A stretch of 64,000 nucleotides of DNA. Origin: a virus. The DNA is taken from positions 23,448 through 87,447 of the IMG/VR virus record IMGVR_UViG_3300020445_001256. One strand, given 5' to 3'. The notes beneath the pieces are model-generated. The model made no database searches and was not told where the DNA came from. It saw only the letters and a list, made by a program, of their open reading frames with translations. Below, piece after piece: positions 1-8,521 of this stretch (positions are counted from its first letter, which is position 1; each line of letters starts with the position of its first letter). The position numbers were made by a program, and so were the translations under genes.

Positions 1-1
1 T

Positions 2-316
2 TATAAGATTGATCTAATCTTTACTGATGCTAAATTTGATGATACTATTGTTATTGATGGTGAACCTCACTATAGTAATTGTATTGGGTGTGATGCACCT
101 TGCGAATATAAATGTCCTATGGGATGTACAATGAACTTTGATCTTGTTGATTGGGAGAAGTGTTCTAATTTTGTAGATGTTCCTGAAGCATTTAAAGATC
201 TTGATAGTATTTGTAGGATATGTCAAGACAGTTGCCCTTATTCACAGGAGTTGACTAAAAGAATCCTCGAAATTAACCCTCGTTACGGAGAACGTATTCA
301 TGCCACATTTACATAG
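2..316 (+). CDS. 5'-truncated double [4Fe-4S] protein, QueG/reductive-dehalogenase-like C-terminus
   Basis: Frame is open from base 2: ...IFTDAKF...CIGCDAPCEYKCP...DWEKC...CRICQDSCP. The track ORF 119..316 is only its tail. Confidence 0.6.
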   Translation, partial: YKIDLIFTDAKFDDTIVIDGEPHYSNCIGCDAPCEYKCPMGCTMNFDLVDWEKCSNFVDVPEAFKDLDSICRICQDSCPYSQELTKRILEINPRYGERIHATFT

Positions 317-953
317 ATGGAATCAACCTAAAGGTAATAATCCATTTGCACCTGAATTTGATATATCTTTATGGGTTGATGAATTACCTGATGTTTTAAT
401 TGATGAGTTATTAGGTTTAGTTAAGAAACATGAGGAAGAAGGATTATTTGATAATGATAGATGGGAACATTATAATATATTTCAATGGGAAGGGTTTGCT
501 GTAAAAGAATTACAAGAGATGATACTAACATCTTATGAAGCATTTTGTAATTCTCTACACATAGAGAAAGAAGAAAGAATATGGGTTAGAGGTTGGGTAT
601 ATCCTCAGAAACCAGAGATAAAAGTTAAACGAAGAATGAATATAGGTAGACACCAACACGCAATGCACGAGAACGCATTTCTAAGTGGTGTGTTAAATAT
701 GCAGGATCATTTTATTGGTACTGATTATGATATACCTTATGTTGGATGGACAGGTATAGGTAGTAAGAAAGGTAGATTAACACTTGCACCATCATCATTA
801 CCTCATGCAGTTAAAGCATTAAGATATGAAGATACTGATAGATATACTATTGCATTTGATTTAATAACACAGAAAGGAATGGATCATTTCTGGTTCTCTA
901 AGTTAGATAGAGATACATCAAAAGATCCTTTGAATTTAGCGATTGAGTTGTGA
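300..953 (+). CDS. putative 2OG-Fe(II) oxygenase (TIGR02466-like)
   Basis: HQH...LSGV, PSSLPHAV and RYTIAFD motifs. Confidence 0.7.
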   Translation: MPHLHRWNQPKGNNPFAPEFDISLWVDELPDVLIDELLGLVKKHEEEGLFDNDRWEHYNIFQWEGFAVKELQEMILTSYEAFCNSLHIEKEERIWVRGWVYPQKPEIKVKRRMNIGRHQHAMHENAFLSGVLNMQDHFIGTDYDIPYVGWTGIGSKKGRLTLAPSSLPHAVKALRYEDTDRYTIAFDLITQKGMDHFWFSKLDRDTSKDPLNLAIEL

Positions 954-1570
954 ACACACAGTTATTAGATAATGGATTCTTATTAGTTAAGAACTTTGTT
1001 CATGTTGACTTAGCAAATAGTCTGTATCGTGAGTTAGTTGATACTGGTCAGACTAGATTGCATTTCTTAGACAATGAATTTCATGGACCTTGTTATAACT
1101 ATCAGTCACCAAAAGCATCACAAGAGTTATTATTCTATCTCTTACATAACATGGTAGATATAGTTGGAGAATCATTATTTCCAACTTATTCATACATGAG
1201 ATTATATAAACATAATGCTTTTTTAAATCCTCATACAGATAGACCTGCATGTGAGGTATCATTAACTGTACATCTAGGATCAGATAAAGAGTGGGAGTTT
1301 GGTATAAGAAACTATCGTAATAATAATGAGTTTAATGTAGTATTAGATCAAGGAGATGCAGTGATATATCTGGGATGTGTAGCACCACACTGGAGAAATG
1401 GTAAGTATAGTGGTGAGAATTTTGCACAGTGTTTCTTACATTACGTTAGAAGTAGAGGTCCAATGTCGTGGTGTATTAATGATATTAATAGATCATTACC
1501 AGAGGGTGATTGGGAGGATGAATTGAAGAAGGAGTATGACAATATACTAGGTGGCACACAACCGTCCTAA
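950..1570 (+). CDS. 2OG-Fe(II) oxygenase
   Basis: PTYSYMRLY, HTDRPACEVSLTVHL (HxD), HWR, FLHYV; a common cyanophage family. Confidence 0.8.
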   Translation: MNTQLLDNGFLLVKNFVHVDLANSLYRELVDTGQTRLHFLDNEFHGPCYNYQSPKASQELLFYLLHNMVDIVGESLFPTYSYMRLYKHNAFLNPHTDRPACEVSLTVHLGSDKEWEFGIRNYRNNNEFNVVLDQGDAVIYLGCVAPHWRNGKYSGENFAQCFLHYVRSRGPMSWCINDINRSLPEGDWEDELKKEYDNILGGTQPS

Positions 1571-1592
1571 TCCCTAAAAATTGTGATAGACT
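1535..1592 (+). promoter_or_regulatory. early promoter (palindrome plus -10), degenerate copy
   Basis: atgaca-N-gtggcac, then tagact about 29 nt downstream. Confidence 0.45.
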
Positions 1593-1613
1593 ACATGGGT
1601 CACAGTAATTATC

Positions 1614-1868
1614 ATGCCATCTTTTACACTAACATGCACAGATGAAGACTCTACGGTAACAACTAAGGAGTTTAAGTCTGCATACCTACAAGAAGTTGTA
1701 GAAAAAACAGGAGACTTCCTTAGAGGAGTTGGATACTATTTTGATGATTTAACTATCGTTAAAGTAGATGAGGAGACTATTGAAGATGATGATGAATCTT
1801 ATGAGGAGTATGATCCTATTACAAGTACACATTCTATCATTGATCCGTCATACCTTAATAAAGACTAA
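1614..1868 (+). CDS. acidic hypothetical protein
   Basis: ATG ORF downstream of the promoter motif. Confidence 0.7.
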   Translation: MPSFTLTCTDEDSTVTTKEFKSAYLQEVVEKTGDFLRGVGYYFDDLTIVKVDEETIEDDDESYEEYDPITSTHSIIDPSYLNKD

Positions 1869-1874
1869 AGATCT

Positions 1875-1916
1875 ATAGGGGATTCGTTGACAGAAATGAG
1901 TCCCCTATGCTAATAT
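1875..1916 (+). promoter_or_regulatory. sigma70-type promoter with the -35 inside a stem-loop
   Basis: Stem ataggggattc/gagtcccctat; TTGACA at 1887-1892 in the loop; taatat at 1911-1916. Confidence 0.55.
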
Positions 1917-1951
1917 ATACAGATGTAGTTCAGTAATACTGAAGAGTATCA

Positions 1952-2143
1952 ATGGGTAAGACTTTTCGCCGAGGTGGTAACGAACGAGGTTACTATTCTC
2001 CAGGAAAATCATTACGGGACAAGCGTCAAAAAGGAACAAATCGCACATCTAAATGGGAGGAATCTTATGACTACAATCAACCCAAAGGACATAATCACCC
2101 TAAAAAAAGAGCAACCAACACCGAGGAATTCGGTGATGTTTGA
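1952..2143 (+). CDS. basic hypothetical protein
   Basis: ATG ORF MGKTFRRGG..., first gene after the promoter. Confidence 0.7.
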   Translation: MGKTFRRGGNERGYYSPGKSLRDKRQKGTNRTSKWEESYDYNQPKGHNHPKKRATNTEEFGDV

Positions 2144-2228
2144 AGATGATGGGTTAGATTATGAAGATCAGATGTATGATGACGCTTCATTTGATGGAGT
2201 AGAAATTGAGTACACAGCAACATACTAA
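2136..2228 (+). CDS. small acidic peptide
   Basis: MFEDDGLDYEDQ...; fills the gap and is translationally coupled to the next gene (TAATG). Confidence 0.5.
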   Translation: MFEDDGLDYEDQMYDDASFDGVEIEYTATY

Positions 2229-2422
2229 TGAAAGACCAAGGATCAATAGCAGATAACGAGTCCAAAGACCAGAAATGGAACCGAGGACTTGATATTTGTA
2301 TCGAATCAATCCATAAAGCAGATCCCGCTTTGCGTGGATGTGCTCATAATCAGAAGTGTTTCCATGAAATGATGGAAATACGTGATAAAATACTAGAGTA
2401 TACACATTCGTTGAGGAGATGA
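2228..2422 (+). CDS. hypothetical protein
   Basis: Coupled ORF with overlapping stop/start. Confidence 0.7.
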   Translation: MKDQGSIADNESKDQKWNRGLDICIESIHKADPALRGCAHNQKCFHEMMEIRDKILEYTHSLRR

Positions 2423-2622
2423 TTGGTCTTTACTCTCAACTATTAAACAAGGATCAAAAAATGATCGTAAAAGATGCTCTAATCATGTATGTCTGTCAAT
2501 TACAGAAACAATACTTTAGAGACAATGTTATTCCTATGGAAGAGTATCAACGTAGGATGGCAGAAATAGACGATCTAACTGACAAATTACACCTTAAGGA
2601 TCTTTATAAACATGACCGTTGA
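2419..2622 (+). CDS. hypothetical protein
   Basis: GAGGAG RBS and ATGA overlap. Confidence 0.7.
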   Translation: MIGLYSQLLNKDQKMIVKDALIMYVCQLQKQYFRDNVIPMEEYQRRMAEIDDLTDKLHLKDLYKHDR

Positions 2623-3256
2623 AATGTTTTCTCCTCGTTGGTATTATAAGGGTAAAATTACCTTAGAAAACCAACAGGAAATTGAACGTAGTTTTTCTGA
2701 GTTTATGGACTTAGAAAAGAACTTTATTAATCCTGATAACATTAATGGTGAACTATTAACATCATATAGTTTACCAACTAATGATACAGCACCTTGGGAA
2801 AGGTGGTTAGAATTTATTAAACCATGTCTATCTGAACTGGTAGAAGAATTAAAACCTAAGAGAGATATAGAAATAGTTCCTCAAGAGGCATGGATTAATC
2901 GTTATCAAAGAGGACACTATCAAGAGTATCATTGTCATTCTGTTCAGCATTGTAATCTTGCAGCAGTATATTTTTATAGATTAGAAGGTGGATGTACTAA
3001 CTTCAAATTCTATAATAATCAACATGCAGCATATAAAGCATGTGGATTAGATGATATGTTTGATATACCAACAGCAGCAACTATAACACCTAAAGTACAA
3101 CAAGGTGATATAATTATATTCCCTGCACATTATCCTCATTTAGTATCACCTAATAAGAGTGATTTTGAACGTGTAACATTTAGTGCAAACTTTGATGTCG
3201 TGCCAGCACGTAATCTGTCACATGGTGCAGTAGGAAAGGACTTAGATCTGATATAA
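2612..3256 (+). CDS. putative 2OG-Fe(II) oxygenase (TIGR02466-like)
   Basis: WINRY...EYHCH...AVYF; GDIIIFPAHYPHLV; RVTFSAN. Confidence 0.8.
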   Translation: MTVEMFSPRWYYKGKITLENQQEIERSFSEFMDLEKNFINPDNINGELLTSYSLPTNDTAPWERWLEFIKPCLSELVEELKPKRDIEIVPQEAWINRYQRGHYQEYHCHSVQHCNLAAVYFYRLEGGCTNFKFYNNQHAAYKACGLDDMFDIPTAATITPKVQQGDIIIFPAHYPHLVSPNKSDFERVTFSANFDVVPARNLSHGAVGKDLDLI

Positions 3257-3257
3257 T
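3200..3257 (+). promoter_or_regulatory. early promoter (palindrome plus -10)
   Basis: gtgccag-N8-ctgtcac, 30-nt spacer, TATAAT at 3252-3257. Confidence 0.7.
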
Positions 3258-3279
3258 AGGATTGAGTTCAAAGATAGTT

Positions 3280-3744
3280 ATGAAATTGCGACCAACTAAG
3301 CAAGATGTGATCTTGAATCATACTTATACTTTCGAGTGTGATGCTACATTTGGTACACTATCTCAAGAGAGAGTTTATAAACTATTCACAGATGGTAGGA
3401 GAGCATCAGGATTCTTAGAATTACAATTAGAAGATTGGTTTGAAGGTCTTGAATTTGTAGATGGTAAAGGATATGACCATATCAATCATTTGGTAGAGGG
3501 TCAACTGTATGATGCTAAATGTTTTACTAGACATGGTGCTAAATTCTGTCCTAGTGTTATGTTAGGTGCAGGTAGATCAGTTGATGAAGAGAAACTATGG
3601 GAACATGCTATGGATATGATTTATATCTTTACAGATGTAGTATCATTTCCTGAAGTAAGAGTTAGATTTGTTAAAGGATCTGATCTTACACAATATACAA
3701 ACGGATCAATTCCATTCGGAGATCGTGATGATTTATTTGGATGA
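3280..3744 (+). CDS. putative PD-(D/E)xK restriction-endonuclease-like protein
   Basis: GYD...YDAK motif; overlaps the methyltransferase start. Confidence 0.5.
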   Translation: MKLRPTKQDVILNHTYTFECDATFGTLSQERVYKLFTDGRRASGFLELQLEDWFEGLEFVDGKGYDHINHLVEGQLYDAKCFTRHGAKFCPSVMLGAGRSVDEEKLWEHAMDMIYIFTDVVSFPEVRVRFVKGSDLTQYTNGSIPFGDRDDLFG

Positions 3745-4516
3745 TTGTATTGATGGTATGAAACAATTAGCAGATCAATCTGTTGATGCTGTTGTTACAT
3801 CACCACCTTATAATTTAAACATTAAGTATAACAAATACAATGATAAAAAACCAAGAGATAAGTATATCTCATGGATAGAAGATGTGTTTGTTGAATGTAA
3901 ACGTGTACTGAAAGATAATGGTCACCTATTTGTTAATATGGGATACTCAAATGTAGATCCTACGATAGGGTTAGAGGTCATGTTTGCAATTAAAAATACA
4001 TATAATTTACAAAATAATATAGTTTGGGTTAAGTCTATTCATGTAAATAACAAGACGAGTGGACATTTTAAACCTATCAATAGTAAACGCTATTTGTGTC
4101 CTACTTGGGAGAATTTGTTTCACTTTACCAAAGATGGTAATGTAGAAATAGATAGACTATCTGTTGGTGTTAAGTATGAATATTATGAAGCAAATATTCG
4201 TGGTAATAATACGATTGAGAACAAACCTAATTTAAGGGACAAAGGTAATACTTGGTTCATACCATATGAGACTATTAATAGTAAAGAATTGCGTGGTAAA
4301 CATCCTGCTACTTTTCCAGTTAAATTAGCAGAGGATTGTATTAAACTAACAGGCATAGATTGTGGTGTAGTTCTTGATCCTTTCATGGGAACAGGTAGTA
4401 CTGGATTAGCAGCAAATAATTTAGGTTGGAGTTACATAGGGTATGAAATAGATGAAGATTATGTTAAGTTTGCTGAAAATAGGATAAATGGAGGGTTGAC
4501 TTCTATATTAAAATGA
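3728..4516 (+). CDS. beta-class N4-cytosine/N6-adenine DNA methyltransferase
   Basis: VVTSPPYN (motif IV), HPATFP, VLDPFMGTGSTG (motif I). Confidence 0.92.
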   Translation: MIYLDDCIDGMKQLADQSVDAVVTSPPYNLNIKYNKYNDKKPRDKYISWIEDVFVECKRVLKDNGHLFVNMGYSNVDPTIGLEVMFAIKNTYNLQNNIVWVKSIHVNNKTSGHFKPINSKRYLCPTWENLFHFTKDGNVEIDRLSVGVKYEYYEANIRGNNTIENKPNLRDKGNTWFIPYETINSKELRGKHPATFPVKLAEDCIKLTGIDCGVVLDPFMGTGSTGLAANNLGWSYIGYEIDEDYVKFAENRINGGLTSILK

Positions 4517-4524
4517 TATATAAT
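4496..4524 (+). promoter_or_regulatory. sigma70-type promoter
   Basis: TTGACT-N17-TATAAT. Confidence 0.65.
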
Positions 4525-4602
4525 ACTACCAATGAGATTCGTGGAAGTTAAACCAAACTGAAGCAATTTCAAAAGTTAAATCAAACTTATCGAGGACATA
4601 TT

Positions 4603-5721
4603 ATGTCGAAAGCACTAGAGGTGGGACAATGGTATACTTTACCTGGAATCCCAGATGTAGAAATAGCGGTATTAATTACCAAAGCATTTTTAAAATATCC
4701 TGAGTGGATAACTCAGAGAGATACAGAGAACAGACTTAAGAAGAAAGGTGTTATAGATCACCTAAGAAAACTATTTCCTACTCATCATATTGTAGCAGTT
4801 GGAGAATTAACTGAAAAGGATGATTGGGAAGATGAAGTATATGAAGCAGGTCATACTTGGCGACTTGATGCTAACACAAGAGCAAAAGTATGGGAAAGAG
4901 GTTTATCAAATGAACTTCCTAAAGGTGTACTAGCAGTTAAATTTAAAGGTAAAACTTTAACAGATATAAGGAATATTTACTGGGCATTTGATAACCCAAC
5001 AGCAGCAGAGATAGCAGCAGAAGTTGTTACTGGATGTCTTAAATCTCTTGGTATAGATTTACTTACTAAGAAGTTTAGGGATGGACAATTTGTTACTTCT
5101 CTATCATATTGTTGTAAATTTGATGCACCAGATGTATATGGTAGTAAAGGATTATGGTCTGAACCTGATGATGATTCAGTAACTATAACTGAATACAAAA
5201 GGACTCAAACTTTACATGCAGTTAGAGATTATGCTGATACAATTAAGGCAGTTGATGAACTATTATCTAAGACTGGAATTATATCACATTTCGATCAAAC
5301 ATTCCTAACAGCACTATTCTTATTCCATAGAAAGTACGGTTGCTTTGATGATAATGTAACTAACCTATGTTTAAACCTTACAGGTAGACTTAAGGATGAA
5401 GATGGTGAACAGTTATTAATAGCAACTGCACCAAATCCAAGTGCTAAGTTAAATGCTACTGGATGGATTGATAGGGAAAATACTAAATCATTCTCTAATT
5501 ATAAAGAGCAATGTGTTATTCAAGACAGAGGAAAAATGGAAGGTTTCTATCAAGGAGTGCCATTCTTTACCTACTGGTTATCAATCGCATCACAAAATGG
5601 TCTTAAGCACAGACAAAATAAAGGTGCAAAAGGCGGTTATACCAACTGGTTTGAAGGTACATTCCTTAAGACTAATAAGAAAGCAGTGCTTGAAAAACTA
5701 GAGAAATCACTGTCAATCTAG
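4603..5721 (+). CDS. 372-aa protein, possible ParB/DGQHR-like N-terminal domain
   Basis: Long ORF with GAGGA RBS; QRD...RLDANTR resembles the QR...DGQHR pattern. Confidence 0.55.
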   Translation: MSKALEVGQWYTLPGIPDVEIAVLITKAFLKYPEWITQRDTENRLKKKGVIDHLRKLFPTHHIVAVGELTEKDDWEDEVYEAGHTWRLDANTRAKVWERGLSNELPKGVLAVKFKGKTLTDIRNIYWAFDNPTAAEIAAEVVTGCLKSLGIDLLTKKFRDGQFVTSLSYCCKFDAPDVYGSKGLWSEPDDDSVTITEYKRTQTLHAVRDYADTIKAVDELLSKTGIISHFDQTFLTALFLFHRKYGCFDDNVTNLCLNLTGRLKDEDGEQLLIATAPNPSAKLNATGWIDRENTKSFSNYKEQCVIQDRGKMEGFYQGVPFFTYWLSIASQNGLKHRQNKGAKGGYTNWFEGTFLKTNKKAVLEKLEKSLSI

Positions 5722-5766
5722 AAACTGTCCACTAAATCCCCATTTCATCCTGATCTGGGGTATATT
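5710..5766 (+). promoter_or_regulatory. early promoter (palindrome plus -10)
   Basis: ctgtcaat-N7-ctgtccac, then tatatt at 5761. Confidence 0.55.
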
Positions 5767-5786
5767 AATATTGTTGAGAAATTCCT

Positions 5787-5972
5787 ATGAAATTCTTTTC
5801 TGCCAAGACACAAATCTATGGCATTAAAAAAGCACTCAAAGCGAGTGAACGTGATCCATTTCTTTATAATGAAGAAGAGATCATTAAATTAAAAACTTCT
5901 CTTCGCAAATTGCGTGAAGAGCAAGAACAAACCCGACAAATTCAAAACGGAGGATTTGGTTATGACGTTTAA
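5787..5972 (+). CDS. hypothetical coiled-coil protein
   Basis: ATG ORF after the promoter. Confidence 0.7.
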   Translation: MKFFSAKTQIYGIKKALKASERDPFLYNEEEIIKLKTSLRKLREEQEQTRQIQNGGFGYDV

Positions 5973-6096
5973 AAAGATTAATGTCGAATACGATCAAGAT
6001 TTTGACAACTGTCAAGAACAAGAAGATGATTGGGTTTCTTCAGTAATAGGAACTGAAGATGATGCAATTTATGATGTTCTTGCGGAGATTAAATGA
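5962..6096 (+). CDS. small acidic protein
   Basis: GGAGG RBS before ATG 5962. Confidence 0.6.
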   Translation: MTFKKINVEYDQDFDNCQEQEDDWVSSVIGTEDDAIYDVLAEIK

Positions 6097-6287
6097 CAAC
6101 AATTCCACGCAAATTGAAGATGCTACTTGACTCTTATGATGAGGGTATTCTTGATTCAGATGGTCAAGTAGAAATGGCACAGTTCTTAATAGATTGTGAC
6201 CTACACAATGAGTTATTACAGTATCAGAAACTATGTGATTATTTGATCGCTGAAGGTTACTGTTATGATGTACATCAGGAGGCATAA
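6093..6287 (+). CDS. hypothetical protein
   Basis: GGAG RBS, ATGA overlap. Confidence 0.7.
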   Translation: MTTIPRKLKMLLDSYDEGILDSDGQVEMAQFLIDCDLHNELLQYQKLCDYLIAEGYCYDVHQEA

Positions 6288-6649
6288 TGAATACTTACGA
6301 AGTCCTATTACAACGTGAAATTGGTATTAATAAGACCGTATTTGTTCACGATTGTTATTATGAAGATGAAGCAAGATTGCTTGCTGAATCTCAATATGGA
6401 CTTCCAGTATTAAGAGTATTGTATAAAGGACAATCTAATAATAGCAGTGTTAATGATGTTCCTGAACCCTATTATGGTGGCACTTGGTTATCAACAATAG
6501 GGTCAGGAAATAGTTCTATTACTAATATATTAGCATTACCATTTGGTATCTTAATTATTATATTATTAATAGAATTTTGGTGGTGGTTTGTTGCTATAAC
6601 TTGCATAGGAGTTGGGTGGAGAACATATCAATATATCAAAGACGACTAG
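6287..6649 (+). CDS. hypothetical membrane protein
   Basis: AGGAGG RBS; hydrophobic C-terminal segment ILALPFGILIIILLIEFWWWFVAITCIGVGW. Confidence 0.7.
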   Translation: MNTYEVLLQREIGINKTVFVHDCYYEDEARLLAESQYGLPVLRVLYKGQSNNSSVNDVPEPYYGGTWLSTIGSGNSSITNILALPFGILIIILLIEFWWWFVAITCIGVGWRTYQYIKDD

Positions 6650-6695
6650 GCATTTATTTTTGTTAATATGATGTCGATATTCTGACAATAATATA

Positions 6696-6702
6696 ATAAA
6701 TA
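6696..6702 (+). promoter_or_regulatory. T4-type late promoter
   Basis: ATAAATA in an intergenic gap upstream of ORF 6777. Confidence 0.5.
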
Positions 6703-6776
6703 GTGGTAGAATTAAGGATAACAAGATGAACTGAAAACTCTCTTGATTATGGTTCAAAGTTACTTAGGAGTTGGAT

Positions 6777-6944
6777 ATGTCACATAACATAATGTCTTAC
6801 AATCATTTGGCACACTGGAAACATGGTGTAAACGAAATCCCTGAATATCAGGATCAATTACTGGACGATTACTTTGAGTGCCTAATAGATTGTGAAGACA
6901 ATCAATCTAGTTGTAGGAGGGTATGTAAGGAAATTCTTATGTGA
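6777..6944 (+). CDS. 55-aa Cys-rich peptide (CxxxC...CxxxC), not in the ORF track
   Basis: AGGAG RBS; MSHNIMSYNHLAHW...DYFECLIDCEDNQSSCRRVCKEILM; followed by a terminator. Confidence 0.7.
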   Translation: MSHNIMSYNHLAHWKHGVNEIPEYQDQLLDDYFECLIDCEDNQSSCRRVCKEILM

Positions 6945-6962
6945 CCAATTACTAAATTCTAT

Positions 6963-6990
6963 AAAAGAGGGTTTACAGACCCTCTTTTTT
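6963..6990 (+). terminator. intrinsic terminator overlapping a sigma70 promoter
   Basis: aaaagagggt-ttacag-accctctttttt; TTTACA(6972)-N17-TATAAT(6995). Confidence 0.75.
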
Positions 6991-7022
6991 ATGTTATAAT
7001 GTATTTGAATAATATCATTATT

Positions 7023-7094
7023 ATGTGGTACATTATTTTCTGGACAGCAATTACTATGTTCATACTTGTTAAAGTAGGTGCATTTAAGAAATGA
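7023..7094 (+). CDS. 23-aa hydrophobic peptide
   Basis: MWYIIFWTAITMFILVKVGAFKK; ATGA overlap with the methyltransferase. Confidence 0.45.
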   Translation: MWYIIFWTAITMFILVKVGAFKK

Positions 7095-8059
7095 AAGATA
7101 CAATATTATTTGGAGATTGTCGCAAGACATTATCAGCATTTCTACCAAATAGTGCTCGTATGTGTGTAACAAGTCCACCATATTACGGACTAAGAGATTA
7201 TGGTGGAGAAGATAATCAAATAGGTTTAGAACAATCACCAGAAGAATATGTTAATGAGATGGTGAAAGTATTCAGAGAAGTTAGAAATATATTGACTGAA
7301 GATGGAACACTATGGTTAAACATAGGTGATAGTTATTACAACTATCGTCCTGGTAAGGGTGCTAATTACCCTAAGCAAAGTGTTAGTGAGACTAGACAAG
7401 ATTTACCTACTAATAGTAACAAACGTGCTAACAAATTAGAGGGACTAAAAGAGAAAGATTTAATCGGTATTCCTTGGATGTTAGCATTTGCATTACGAGC
7501 AGATGGATGGTACTTAAGGCAAGATATTATATGGCATAAACCTAATCCAATGCCTGAAAGTGTAAGAGATAGATGCACTAAAGCACATGAATATATGTTC
7601 CTCTTAAGTAAGAATAAGCATTACTATTATGATAATGATGCTATTAAAGAACCAGCAAAAGATTGGGGAACCAGAGATAGAACTAACGGCAAATATCATA
7701 ATGAGGGAACAGGATTACAACCTCATTCTGGTCTCACTAAATCATATCCAAAGAAGAATAAACGTAGTGTATGGAGTATAACTAAGAAACCATATAAGGG
7801 TGCTCATTTTGCTACTTTCCCACCTGAATTAATCATCCCATGTATTAAAGCAGGTTCAGCACTAAATGATACTATCATTGACCCATTTATGGGATCTGGA
7901 ACTACTGCAATGGTAGCAAAATCATTAGGTAGGTATTACTTAGGGTGCGAATTACACGAGGATTATGGTCATTTAATAGAGCAGAGAGTGAGAGAATATC
8001 ATGTGCCAACTGACAAAGTGGTACATAATGGACTGACAACCCTCTTGGATCGTGTATAA
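7091..8059 (+). CDS. beta-class DNA methyltransferase (N4-C/N6-A)
   Basis: CVTSPPYYGLRDY, WHKPNPMPES, HFATFP, DPFMGSGTT. Confidence 0.93.
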   Translation: MKDTILFGDCRKTLSAFLPNSARMCVTSPPYYGLRDYGGEDNQIGLEQSPEEYVNEMVKVFREVRNILTEDGTLWLNIGDSYYNYRPGKGANYPKQSVSETRQDLPTNSNKRANKLEGLKEKDLIGIPWMLAFALRADGWYLRQDIIWHKPNPMPESVRDRCTKAHEYMFLLSKNKHYYYDNDAIKEPAKDWGTRDRTNGKYHNEGTGLQPHSGLTKSYPKKNKRSVWSITKKPYKGAHFATFPPELIIPCIKAGSALNDTIIDPFMGSGTTAMVAKSLGRYYLGCELHEDYGHLIEQRVREYHVPTDKVVHNGLTTLLDRV

Positions 8060-8060
8060 T
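8003..8060 (+). promoter_or_regulatory. early promoter (palindrome plus -10)
   Basis: gtgccaa-N8-gtggtac, 30-nt spacer, TATAAT at 8055. Confidence 0.7.
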
Positions 8061-8064
8061 AGAA

Positions 8065-8169
8065 GAGCGAAACAGTTAAGGGATCACTGAGTTTGGATCT
8101 AGTCTGACTTAGAAGCAGACACATGACGATTCAGTAATTGACTACCCTCAGTCCCTTAATGTTTCGCTC
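8065..8169 (+). ncRNA. candidate structured RNA or leader
   Basis: 23-bp interrupted closing helix (gagcgaaaca/ttaaggga/ctgag pairing with ctcag/tcccttaa/tgtttcgctc) and an internal gtctg/cagac hairpin; starts just after the -10. Confidence 0.55.
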
Positions 8170-8194
8170 ACTTATAAACTTGCATTATTATTAC

Positions 8195-8473
8195 ATGCCA
8201 ACAGCATCTACAGCGAAGAAAGTATCAACAACTCCTCGCAAAAGACGCACAAGAAAAGCAACAACTACTAAGAAAGTTGCTCCACTAAATACAACAGTCG
8301 CTAGACCAATCGTGTCCGAAACTGTTAAGGAACAACCTAAAGTTCAAGAAGTTGTTACTATTAAGTCACTTAAAGATTATCCTCGTGATGGATTATCTCT
8401 TGTAATTCTTCCTCTATTATATCTCGAAGCATTTACAAAAGAGATCCTTAAAGCAACAGGGACAATCAAGTAA
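8195..8473 (+). CDS. protein with a Lys/Arg/Thr-rich histone-like N-terminus
   Basis: MPTASTAKKVSTTPRKRRTRKATTTKK...; ATG 8195 preferred over TTG 8138, which lies inside the RNA helix. Confidence 0.7.
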   Translation: MPTASTAKKVSTTPRKRRTRKATTTKKVAPLNTTVARPIVSETVKEQPKVQEVVTIKSLKDYPRDGLSLVILPLLYLEAFTKEILKATGTIK

Positions 8474-8518
8474 CTGTCCACTAAACCCCCACAAGGGGGT
8501 TTTTTATTGCTATATTAT
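8459..8518 (+). promoter_or_regulatory. early promoter with a terminator hairpin between the palindrome and the -10
   Basis: gggacaa-N8-ctgtccac; tatatt/tattat at 8511-8518. Confidence 0.6.
8483..8505 (+). terminator. intrinsic terminator
   Basis: aaaccccc-acaa-gggggtttttt. Confidence 0.75.
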
Positions 8519-8521
8519 AAA

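Noticed and set aside
8065-8169. tRNA or hammerhead ribozyme
   Set aside because: No cloverleaf or TTC-loop, and no CUGANGA core in the correct arrangement. I recognised no tRNA anywhere in the window.
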